Assembly: GCA_963668625.2 (NCBI GenBank)
Contig: CAXXKA010000004.1
Span: forward strand, 192,001-256,000
Direction: 5' to 3'
From: an uncultured candidate division Zixibacteria bacterium
GTDB taxonomy: Bacteria > Zixibacteria > MSB-5A5 > UBA10806 > 4484-95
DNA length: 64,000 nt
Shown here: positions 1 through 8,737 of the stretch, piece by piece
Layout of the letters: each line of letters opens with the position of its first letter
Position numbering within the stretch: position 1 is the first letter of the stretch
Position numbers and translations under genes: made by a program
Notes under the pieces: model-generated
Databases searched by the model: none
What the model was told of the DNA's origin: nothing
The model's input: only the letters and a program-made list of their open reading frames with translations

Positions 1-232
1 TTTCTTTATTAATTCCCGGCTATTTATCTTAATGCAAAGTGCATTCTGAAGGATTTCCCTTGCCATTCAACATTTTTATCTTATTGCATAACAACGAGAT
101 ACCCCACTTATGCAAACCGTTACACATTTCGACCGGATACTGAACAGGTATAATTATACTGTCAAGCAAACGATTCCGTAACGCAATCGTAACTTATTAT
201 ATATAAAGCATTTACAACTATTTACATGATTA

Positions 233-248
233 TGGCACAGTAATTGCA
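233..248 (+). promoter_or_regulatory. sigma54 (-24/-12) promoter of the PEP-CTERM gene
   Basis: TGGCAC-AGTAA-TTGCA matches TGGCAC-N5-TTGCW exactly, 46 bp upstream of ATG 295. Confidence 0.85.
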
Positions 249-294
249 TATTAACTAGTCAAATTATTGAAATCAGTTTAGAAAGGACAGCAAA

Positions 295-1131
295 ATGAAG
301 AAAATCGTCGTAATCGCTCTGGCACTCGCGCTGGTATCCGGCGCTGCCTACGCTGACCCCAGCGGTTATCTATTGAATGATTATTTCGGTGTTAATGATC
401 TGACAGTTGGCAGTGATGGCAACTTCGATATGGATTGGAGCCCTGCAACCGGTTCGTACTCGGTTCAGGATTGGCCGACTAACGGCAACGCTCCCGATCC
501 GGGCCCCCGTTACTTCATCTCCGAGGCTTTCGATCTTGAAGCCACTTATATTGATGTTAACAGAGATCAGGAGATGGTTTATTTCTCGATAGTTACCTCG
601 ATGCCGAACACCGGTTTCTCGCATACCCCGTGGTATGGCAGTTACGTGTTCCGCACCGGCGATATCAAGTTCAATGTCGGTGGCGATCAGTATGTCCTCG
701 GTACTTACGACCAGAGTTATGGTGCCGGCTACTACGGCAATCTCTACCACAATCCCGAAATGGCCTACTATGATGGTCATCGTGGTTTTGGTGAACGCGG
801 CAACCCGATCATGAGCACTAACAACAGTGTTGGCAATGCAATGTCAGTCGGTTCGGATTTCGAGTTCAGTTATAGAGAGTATCTTGATGAAAACGGTAAC
901 TCGGTTTACGAGAACGGTTATGCCACCTACGTAATGGAGGGTTGCATTTCCTTTGACGATTTCGGATTCAACGTTGCCGAAACCGGTATGTCGATGGAAT
1001 TGGCGATGAGCTGCAATAATGATATGCTCGGCACCAGTGTCGATCCCGTCCCGGAGCCGGGTACGATCGCTCTGATGGGCATGGGTCTTCTGGGCCTTTA
1101 CGCCGGTCGTCGTCGCTTTACCAAAAAATAA
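295..1131 (+). CDS. PEP-CTERM sorting domain surface protein
   Basis: Signal peptide (AAYA/D); C-terminal VPEPGT + TM helix + RRRFTKK basic tail; RBS AGGA. Confidence 0.93.
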   Translation: MKKIVVIALALALVSGAAYADPSGYLLNDYFGVNDLTVGSDGNFDMDWSPATGSYSVQDWPTNGNAPDPGPRYFISEAFDLEATYIDVNRDQEMVYFSIVTSMPNTGFSHTPWYGSYVFRTGDIKFNVGGDQYVLGTYDQSYGAGYYGNLYHNPEMAYYDGHRGFGERGNPIMSTNNSVGNAMSVGSDFEFSYREYLDENGNSVYENGYATYVMEGCISFDDFGFNVAETGMSMELAMSCNNDMLGTSVDPVPEPGTIALMGMGLLGLYAGRRRFTKK

Positions 1132-1164
1132 GATTTAAAAATTTCCCGTGATATTCTTCCTTGC

Positions 1165-1197
1165 AGCCGGTCGAAGCCCTTCGATCGGCTCTTTTTA
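1165..1197 (+). terminator. Rho-independent terminator
   Basis: AGCCGGTCGAA..TTCGATCGGCT hairpin followed by a T-run. Confidence 0.75.
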
Positions 1198-1553
1198 TGT
1201 CTGTGATTTTATATAATTAGGGGCGGCGCGAGTAGGTCAGGAGCACTAGATAGAAGCCTCGTGTTAAGGCTGGCAGTTGATATTGGCGGCTGGCAACTGA
1301 AAAGCCTACTCGGGGTTCGACTGACCTGCATATAGAATTGCAACGTTAATTGCATGAATTGACCTATCAGTATCCCGGTAGCCTTGACAAGTGATGATCT
1401 GAATGAGCGATTTATGAGGTCGAAAACTCAGGCGTTTAATCCTACAATGCTAAAAAGATATTATCAATAAAAGAATTCCGGTATGCTATTATTCTGCTTA
1501 AACGATAAATCGACTTTGCCGTATGTCGATTCCTGATAACTAAACTGGTTATT

Positions 1554-1793
1554 CTATGAGGTAGCCTGTTTTTTCTTGTAATCTTCTATCCCCTGCTGAA
1601 TATGGCTCTTGAAGCCATGAGGAGCTACTCGGCCGCAATAACCTGATCCGTCGATATTCGGCTTACATATACGAAAGCACCAGGGCGATCTATTTTTAGT
1701 TAATGGGCATCCCAGATATGTGTATTTTTTAAATCCTTTTCGGATGTTGACTAGTTTGTATCCTTTAGGTGGTTTTTTTAATCCCATTTTCAT
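1554..1793 (-). CDS. Small basic protein with 4 Cys (C-x9-C-x3-C-x9-C), hypothetical
   Basis: GAGGGG RBS before ATG; clustered Cys pattern. Confidence 0.65.
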   Translation of the reverse strand: MKMGLKKPPKGYKLVNIRKGFKKYTYLGCPLTKNRSPWCFRICKPNIDGSGYCGRVAPHGFKSHIQQGIEDYKKKQATS

Positions 1794-2097
1794 CCCTCGT
1801 TGTCTTTTTTAAATACAGATACTATTGCCATCGGTTCTAAAACTATACCTTGTAACCCGCGGTTTCCGACTTATCGTAATCGAATCAGAAACATTATAGA
1901 GTTTATTCTTTTCCCTTATTACTCATTTAAATAATACTTATGTTTAGCCTGGTTCAATATGATTGATTCGTACAATCAACCGATTTATAAGCCCTGCTTT
2001 TATAATTATAAATATATTGTAATTGGATAATACAAATGCGCAAACGGTTGCATTGACAGTATATCACCACCGCCGGCATAGCCTCTAATGCACTATA

Positions 2098-2150
2098 TAT
2101 CAATCACTTATTATTAATTCACAACAAATCAAGTTCGGCATGGATATTGC
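2098..2150 (+). promoter_or_regulatory. IHF site plus sigma54 promoter
   Basis: TATCAATCACTTA (WATCAANNNNTTR) at 2098-2110; CGGCAT-GGATA-TTGC at 2136-2150. Confidence 0.7.
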
Positions 2151-2161
2151 CTTATATGTAA

Positions 2162-2275
2162 GTGCATGGGTGTTAACTGAATTAAATAGTCTGCAAGATG
2201 TAACAGACTGGCGGTTTTACCGCCGAAACGAGGCCAGCCTTTCCTCTCCCTCCTTGGGGCTGGCCTTTATTTTTT
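2162..2275 (+). ncRNA. Candidate sigma54-dependent small RNA
   Basis: Downstream of a -24/-12 promoter; three hairpins; the last is a terminator with a CCUCUCCCUCC loop and U-tail; no credible ORF. Confidence 0.55.
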
Positions 2276-2289
2276 AACTGATTTTCTCT

Positions 2290-2585
2290 TTTCTCGATAC
2301 CAAACTCCGTTTGGTAACACCCGTGTTTGAGAAACTCCGTTTCGATTCTTTGTGGCTAGCAGACGTCCTCGTCTGCTGCATTTGCCACATCCCATTTACT
2401 GCCAAGGGACACACTCGGATGTCTGCCGCCCACAGAAACCTGATCTACAATCTGTCATCCCCATGAAAATGGCGGTTTTATGATTATACCATCATGTACA
2501 ATTAAGAGATTCCTGATTTTGCGAAAATAACAGACGCAGGTAAGGTTCACCTCGGAGTGAAGCGGAGAGGTTAACCTTACGGGAT
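2290..2585. repeat. Cluster of mixed REP-like palindromes
   Basis: ACCAAACTCCGTTTGGT, GTGGCTAGCAGACGTCCTCGTCTGCTGC, and GTAAGGTT..AACCTTAC hairpins. Confidence 0.55.
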
Positions 2586-2618
2586 GCACATAGAAACTAT
2601 CCATCCAAATCAAGTTAC

Positions 2619-3941
2619 TCAATTGAATTTCCCGATCCCCACCAGTGTCGGCATCACCCGTTTATCGTGTTCTTTAGCCGCCCACAGTGCCAGCGCCAGC
2701 GCACATACACCATCCCCGGCATTTATATAGGCCGAATCAAGGGCCCGAAGCTCATCGGCAAGCGACCATGTTGAACCATCCGGTTGTTCGATAGCCTGTT
2801 CGTATAAGGCTACTTCATCGGAGAAAAACGCCCGCTCCAGATTCGCCAGAAGTCGTTCCCTATTACCACCGCCGAAATTGAATCCCTCGGCCGCGATATC
2901 CTCCAGCGAGGCCATGACAACATCACCAATACCGGTCGAATCAATCAGCACCTCACCGCCGTAAGTTCGGTAAAGATGTTTTATCCGGCCGATAATCTCC
3001 GGCCAATCCCGTTGATATCTCTCGACATGTACCACCTGGTATGGAATTTCGGTGATATCGATCACCACGCCAACCGTGTATGTCAGCTTGCGGGCTAAAT
3101 CCCACCCATGCACATAATGGCGTTTGGAGTCATATCCCGATGCCCCTCTGCCCCTCGATATTGCCTTGCCCAGGAGTTCCTCCGGCAGAAGCCTGCCCTC
3201 GAATGAGGAGAATTGCCCCAGTATATGTTGCGCGGCTCTCGCCGGAGTCATCGACCGGCGAAGATAATCAAGCGATTCTTTAGGTAGATACGGGTTATCG
3301 TAAGATGAACCATGATAGACATAGCCGCGTTTTTCTTTTTCTATCATCTTATGGCGATGGTAAAACCAGTTGTAGCCATTAGGAGTGGAACTATAATCGA
3401 GCGAACCGGCTCTGTCGGCCAAACGCATCTTGAGTACGCCCTCAACAACCGCCTCGGGTTGCGGTTCGTAGGCGACCTCATCGAAATTGACATAATCGTA
3501 ATCCTGCCCCAGAAGATACTCCCCACGATTAGCGCTGGTACGCGCCGAAAGCTCCGAGCCGTTTCTAAAGACGATAGTTGCATACGGCGTGGACCTGATT
3601 TTCGAGACCATCGCCTTGATTTTCTTATTCTTCTCCAGCATCCCGATAATTTTGGAGAATATTATCTGCGCCTGATCGACCGTGATACTGACATTCATAG
3701 CCCGGTAATGCCCCGGCTTATCATATGCCAGATTACGAATCTGGAAAATACACCGATGGATTAATTTCAATGCCTGAATCTCCGATTTACCCCATCTATT
3801 GCCGGTGATCAGGGCGTTTTCTTTGCCGATCGAACCGTTTAGCCATTTTATCTGCCCGGGATGAGGCTGGAAATCGAGGTAATGCTTGGCGAAGTGGACA
3901 GGATCGTGAATAGCCTTTCGCCAGGAGGGATTATTTGTCAT
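2619..3941 (-). CDS. terL: Phage-type terminase large subunit (ATPase + RNase H-like nuclease)
   Basis: Adenine-binding PHPGQ, Walker A GNRWGKS, Walker B VNFDE, coupling motif STP, DNPYL linker, nuclease GWDLA / IDSTGIGD / D..CALALA. Confidence 0.9.
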   Translation of the reverse strand: MTNNPSWRKAIHDPVHFAKHYLDFQPHPGQIKWLNGSIGKENALITGNRWGKSEIQALKLIHRCIFQIRNLAYDKPGHYRAMNVSITVDQAQIIFSKIIGMLEKNKKIKAMVSKIRSTPYATIVFRNGSELSARTSANRGEYLLGQDYDYVNFDEVAYEPQPEAVVEGVLKMRLADRAGSLDYSSTPNGYNWFYHRHKMIEKEKRGYVYHGSSYDNPYLPKESLDYLRRSMTPARAAQHILGQFSSFEGRLLPEELLGKAISRGRGASGYDSKRHYVHGWDLARKLTYTVGVVIDITEIPYQVVHVERYQRDWPEIIGRIKHLYRTYGGEVLIDSTGIGDVVMASLEDIAAEGFNFGGGNRERLLANLERAFFSDEVALYEQAIEQPDGSTWSLADELRALDSAYINAGDGVCALALALWAAKEHDKRVMPTLVGIGKFN

Positions 3942-4040
3942 ATGATAGTATTCCGATCTACTTTTATTCAGAGTTTAAAGATAAACTGATGACCCCATCT
4001 TGTATCCGAAAGGCTCGAACGGGTTCACCTGATTATGCAA

Positions 4041-4463
4041 TCACGCCAACTCCTGCTGCCTGATCTCATTGAGTAATTCCAATAACAGGTTTTCGACATC
4101 GGTCTTGTCGGCAATCTTCTGCTTTATCTCGATTGCCTTAAAACCATGCTCCAATTTCAAACTGTATTTTGATTCGGCCAACTCCTCGAATACCCGTCGT
4201 ACTACCTCATCCAAAAACGCGCTATCCGCATTAGCCTCTGTCTTGATAGCCAGCCCATTTTTTTTATCGGAGACGGTCTTTTTCGGTGATTTCTTTTTGG
4301 GCTTCTTTTCGGATTTCGGGGCATGTTCGGCAAAATGATTCGATAAATCATCCTCGGTGATTTTCAAACCACGCCTGTTGGCCCAATTGACCACCCGGTC
4401 AGGACGCCAGTTTCGCTTCTTATTGATTTCGCTTAGCAGATCGCTAGAACAGATATCGCACAT
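4041..4463 (-). CDS. Putative terminase small subunit (N-terminal CxxC..HxxxH Zn/HTH, basic linker, helical C-terminus)
   Basis: Lies between portal and terL; translationally coupled to portal (TGATG overlap); TerS-like architecture. Confidence 0.6.
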   Translation of the reverse strand: MCDICSSDLLSEINKKRNWRPDRVVNWANRRGLKITEDDLSNHFAEHAPKSEKKPKKKSPKKTVSDKKNGLAIKTEANADSAFLDEVVRRVFEELAESKYSLKLEHGFKAIEIKQKIADKTDVENLLLELLNEIRQQELA

Positions 4464-5695
4464 CAGATAATACCCGGCTCGATCTTTTCGAGCTTATCTT
4501 TGGCCTCGTCCTTATCCAATAACCCGGCCTTGTACTGCTCGATAATATTCTCGCCCATAATACTTTCGGCCTTGTAGCGCTCCAGCGAACCGAACACCCG
4601 GCGATTATCGAAACAAACATCAACCTCCCCCGATACTCCGCGTAAAGCCATTTCGAGCTCTAAAAGCCATTTCAAAAAGCCTCGGGCTTTCTCCTGTACC
4701 GCTATAATCTGACGCATCATTAACTCGAATTTGAACTTGGCCCAGGTCTGGGTAGTACCGAAAGAATAGCCCAGCATGAACGGATCGAGATGCATCCCCG
4801 CGCAAATATCCTCAACCAGTGCGCGATGGTACAAATACCAGCCGCTGGTAGCCGTACCCGAGGGGCTGATGGTGTTGATTTTCACGTCATCCCAGGTGAT
4901 TGCCGAATCGGCGGGTTTGAGATCGCCCATCAATGAAACGGTATCATCGAAATAGCGATTAGCCCGTTCGATATAATCTTTGTTCGACTCACCCGGCAGT
5001 TTCTCGGGCTTGGTAAGCTGTACCTGCACCCGCTGATAGCCCGAACGCTCGAGTGACTGCGACATATCGTTTATCAGTTTCTGCTCCAGATGCGAGATAA
5101 ACCCGATAGTGGAAAGCATACTGATACCACGCGGATCGAACGAGGACGAGTCCATACCCGTATAATAAAACGATCCCGGCTCGAGTTTTATTCTGCGAGA
5201 GTCTTTCTCGAAAAATATCTGCCAGCCTTTGCGCGTATTCTCGAACGACAGCATCCGGGCATCGCAGGCGTTGAAATCCTCGATACCGTCTCCGGAGTGA
5301 TTGAGTATGACCTCGCCCGCGAAACAGCCATCGATGAAAAGCGAGCGGAAGAAAAGGTTAACCAGAGATTCGATCCCGCCGGTTTTCTGGTATGCCAACG
5401 GCGAGAGAATCCGGTCGAAATGTTTGACGATTCTCTGTCCGGCCACGCTCGTGGCGCTGTCGAACTTGAACTCGACCGGGGCGGCGCATAGCCGTGTCCA
5501 GAGCCAGATCGAGCCGTTAAGTATGGGGATATTTTCAGTCAAAAATCGATAAATACTTATCCTGTCCTGGCGACGGTAACCATAACCATCGGGCAGATTA
5601 ATCTCGAAACTTCTGATACGAGGATTTTTCGCAGGCGTTAAAGGATCGACAGTTTTCGATCTGGCAAGCAGCGATTTGAGCTTATCTTTTATCAT
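4463..5695 (-). CDS. Phage portal-like protein
   Basis: About 410 aa; portal-like segments (L.IDG.FAGEV, DPRGISML, EDICAGMHLDPFMLG..TT.TWA); in an operon with the terminase. Start moved to ATG 5695 (GGGAG RBS). Confidence 0.78.
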   Translation of the reverse strand: MIKDKLKSLLARSKTVDPLTPAKNPRIRSFEINLPDGYGYRRQDRISIYRFLTENIPILNGSIWLWTRLCAAPVEFKFDSATSVAGQRIVKHFDRILSPLAYQKTGGIESLVNLFFRSLFIDGCFAGEVILNHSGDGIEDFNACDARMLSFENTRKGWQIFFEKDSRRIKLEPGSFYYTGMDSSSFDPRGISMLSTIGFISHLEQKLINDMSQSLERSGYQRVQVQLTKPEKLPGESNKDYIERANRYFDDTVSLMGDLKPADSAITWDDVKINTISPSGTATSGWYLYHRALVEDICAGMHLDPFMLGYSFGTTQTWAKFKFELMMRQIIAVQEKARGFLKWLLELEMALRGVSGEVDVCFDNRRVFGSLERYKAESIMGENIIEQYKAGLLDKDEAKDKLEKIEPGII

Positions 5696-5804
5696 ATCCG
5701 CTCCCGGGGTAAAAATGATATTATGATATTTTAACAATCCCGGATTGTGGAGGATAATGCAGATTGCATCAATAGTATCCGTAGTGTTTTACTATGTGAA
5801 ATAC

Positions 5805-5924
5805 ACCTCAGGATATCGTACCTTCCATCCCGAGGCATCGGGTTGTGGTGAGTTATGTTAATAGATAGTCCTTGTTTACGTGAACAGGATGTGTCAGGAT
5901 GACAGCGGAGCGACATCCTGACAC
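5805..5924. repeat. Composite REP pair (CCTCAGGAT..ATCC(C)GAGG + GTGTCAGGATG..CATCCTGACAC)
   Basis: Two palindromes; homologous composite at 18312-18419. Confidence 0.8.
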
Positions 5925-6092
5925 TCGTTCTCCCATCCTCTGAATCCCAAATCATGTTTGGCATGATATCCCGCTTTATTTATCTATCTGATAATAAGAT
6001 ATAGAATGTGGAAAATCTTGCTTTTCAACCGATCAGTAATAATAGTATACTATACGAAATGTTGTTTACTCGTAAAAGAAATGGATGGTAAG

Positions 6093-7613
6093 ATGAAAGC
6101 TTTATTGATCAGATACCTTATACCCGTCACGATAATTCTGGGTTTATTCATAAACTGCAGCGAAAAATCCGATCTGGCGATTCGCTATGATATGGAGAAA
6201 AAACTCAGTGAGACGGATAAGCTTCAGGAGCAGTTCGCTATTAAGACCGATCAGCTAACCGACTCCGAGCTAAACCAGTTAATCAGTAAATATCTCGAGG
6301 TCGCCGGTATGATCGATTTACCCACTGACAGCGCCGAGGTACAAAAAGCCGATGCCGAACGCAAGCACACCTGGGAACTGGCGATGCTGGCTTACACCAG
6401 GATCGGGGCATTGTATTATGATCATCGCAAAATGTACGATAAAGCATATGAGTATTTCGAGAAAATCGTAAACACACCGGTATCCAGGCCGATCCAGAAA
6501 GGCGCTGCCCTCAACTATATGGCATCCTGCCGAGAGGAGGCCGGAAGCTACGAGGAGGCCGCGGCGATTTATGAAACCCTGGCCGATAGTTACCCTCAAT
6601 ATATCATACCGGAAAATCCCAACATCGATGCTCTAAACGCGCCTATCAAGGTTGCCGAGATGTGGCAAATTTTAGGCGGCGAGCCGAAATATTTTACCAA
6701 GCTCGAGGCCGCACGTAAGTATTACGATAAATTACTGCCCATGCATCCCGGCTCACCGTTCGAGGCCGCCGTGATGGGCAAAATCGTAGGCACGTATCTT
6801 CGCGAGGACAGGTATGATGAGGCGGTCGAGCTTCTGGAGGATACACGGGATGAGAAAACCGGTTTACTCTCTCCCCGTATCATGATGATTCTGGCCGACC
6901 TGTACATGAAAAATATCAAGAACTATCGCAAAGCAGAAAAAGCTTATCGCGATTTCCTGAAACATTACCCTGATTATAGCTCAGCCGGCCAGATGACAAT
7001 GGGACTGGGTGTCGCACTTTATGAGCAGGGAAAGTACAGTCAGGCCAGGGAGGCAATCAAAGATATCGAAAAAATCAAGGGCGTTCGCGGCAGCACGGTC
7101 AGCGAATCGTATTTCCTGACAGCCCTGTGTTATGAGAAGGAAGGCAGTTGGGGCAGGGCGCTAAACCAGTTTAACCTGATCCAGGCGACTTTCGCCGGCA
7201 CAGAAAAAGCGTTCGAGGCCGGTCTTTATGTCGCTAACTATTACCGCAGAAACGGCAAGGATAAACTGGCCGATAACAAATTCAACGAGACAATAGAGTA
7301 TATTACCAAATACACGAATCCGCAAACCTCCAATCCGCTTCTGGCGGCACGGGCCTACGGTTACCTGGCCCGGGCATATACCGAAATGGGCAATCTGGAA
7401 AAAACGATCGAGACGTTAGAAACTGTTTTCAACCAATATCCCCGCTCGCCGGAGGGACGGCTGGCGCCTCTTCGCATAGCGGATTTGTACGAGAACGAAC
7501 AGGGCAAATACCAGGATGCCGCCGACTGGCTGAGAAAGTTCATAGACCAGAACCCCGGCGCGGCTGATACCGTTAAAATAGTAGCGCATATAAAAGAGCT
7601 GGAAGGTAAATAA
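6093..7613 (+). CDS. TPR-repeat lipoprotein
   Basis: Lipoprotein-like signal (LFINC); many TPR repeats (YfiO/BamD/CpoB-like YP.S motifs). Confidence 0.85.
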   Translation: MKALLIRYLIPVTIILGLFINCSEKSDLAIRYDMEKKLSETDKLQEQFAIKTDQLTDSELNQLISKYLEVAGMIDLPTDSAEVQKADAERKHTWELAMLAYTRIGALYYDHRKMYDKAYEYFEKIVNTPVSRPIQKGAALNYMASCREEAGSYEEAAAIYETLADSYPQYIIPENPNIDALNAPIKVAEMWQILGGEPKYFTKLEAARKYYDKLLPMHPGSPFEAAVMGKIVGTYLREDRYDEAVELLEDTRDEKTGLLSPRIMMILADLYMKNIKNYRKAEKAYRDFLKHYPDYSSAGQMTMGLGVALYEQGKYSQAREAIKDIEKIKGVRGSTVSESYFLTALCYEKEGSWGRALNQFNLIQATFAGTEKAFEAGLYVANYYRRNGKDKLADNKFNETIEYITKYTNPQTSNPLLAARAYGYLARAYTEMGNLEKTIETLETVFNQYPRSPEGRLAPLRIADLYENEQGKYQDAADWLRKFIDQNPGAADTVKIVAHIKELEGK

Positions 7614-8737
7614 TGAAACACCTGAGGCTAATAGCATCCGCGATATTCGTTCTAGCTCTCATATTAAACTGCTCGGAAAAACAGGAGCAATCGCTTTCAC
7701 GAAATTGGCCGTGTTTCAAAGCGAATAATTATCGCACCTCTAATAACGGCAACCCCGGATTGAAATTACCCTTGAGCAGATCCTGGATTTTCGAGAACGA
7801 TTCACCGTTCCAATCATCACCGGTAATTTACGATAATATCCTGTACTGCGGGGCGGATAAAGGCCTGTACGCAATCGACCTGGCAACCAAGAAGGTGTTG
7901 TGGAAATTCGAGACGGCCCAAAAAGTTTATTCTACACCGGCTGTAGATAGCGCCATGATTTATTTCGGTTCCTGGGACTACCATTTTTACGCACTCGATA
8001 GGCTTACCGGCAAGTATAAGTGGAGCTATGCCGATACGGGCGCTTTCTCGAGCTCGCCGTTAATTGATGGTGACATGGTATATGTCGGAAATTACAGCGG
8101 CAATGTCTATGGATTCGACAGAACCTACGGTAGCCTGGTTTGGAAATTCACCGCAGGTCATTATGTAGCCAGTTCGCCGGCAGTTTATGATGATAAACTG
8201 CTGATTGGCAGTTCGGATAAACATCTTTATTGTCTCGATAAAAGCGATGGCTCTTTGATCTGGAAATATATTACCAAGGGCGATATCGTATCCTCCCCTG
8301 CTATCGATAGCGCTGCCGGATACGTATACATAGGCAGTCACGACAACAATATATACTGTATCGATATCGACACCGGATCGAAAATCTGGTCATTCGCCAC
8401 CCGCGATATGGTTGCCTCCTCGCCGGCGTTATACGACAACCGCATACTGGTGGGCTCGCTCGATTCCACGTTTTATTGTCTCGATGCCAAAACAGGCGAT
8501 CCGCTATGGAGCTATAAAACGTATGGCGATATCTATTCCAGCCCGACACCGTTCGATAGCGTGGTAGTTTTCGCCTCGGATGATTTGAATGTGTATATGC
8601 TCGATATCAATAATGGCGCGCAGCTTTACGTGTTCGGTCTCGGCGGTGAGACGGCAGGAAATCCCGCACTCTACGGAAGACAGCTATTTTTCGGAGATAA
8701 GAGCGGACGGCTTTACGGTTTTAGCGAGAGATTTTGA
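7613..8737 (+). CDS. PQQ-like beta-propeller repeat lipoprotein (BamB-like fold)
   Basis: LILNC lipobox; repeated SSP...GS.D..YCLD..TG...W motifs; coupled to the TPR gene (TAATG). Confidence 0.9.
   Translation: MKHLRLIASAIFVLALILNCSEKQEQSLSRNWPCFKANNYRTSNNGNPGLKLPLSRSWIFENDSPFQSSPVIYDNILYCGADKGLYAIDLATKKVLWKFETAQKVYSTPAVDSAMIYFGSWDYHFYALDRLTGKYKWSYADTGAFSSSPLIDGDMVYVGNYSGNVYGFDRTYGSLVWKFTAGHYVASSPAVYDDKLLIGSSDKHLYCLDKSDGSLIWKYITKGDIVSSPAIDSAAGYVYIGSHDNNIYCIDIDTGSKIWSFATRDMVASSPALYDNRILVGSLDSTFYCLDAKTGDPLWSYKTYGDIYSSPTPFDSVVVFASDDLNVYMLDINNGAQLYVFGLGGETAGNPALYGRQLFFGDKSGRLYGFSERF

Noticed and set aside
5731-5964. 77-aa ORF upstream of the portal gene
   Set aside because: Translates REP palindromes; the same MP.DGR.DILR peptide recurs at 46189-46422 and inside 40471-41283
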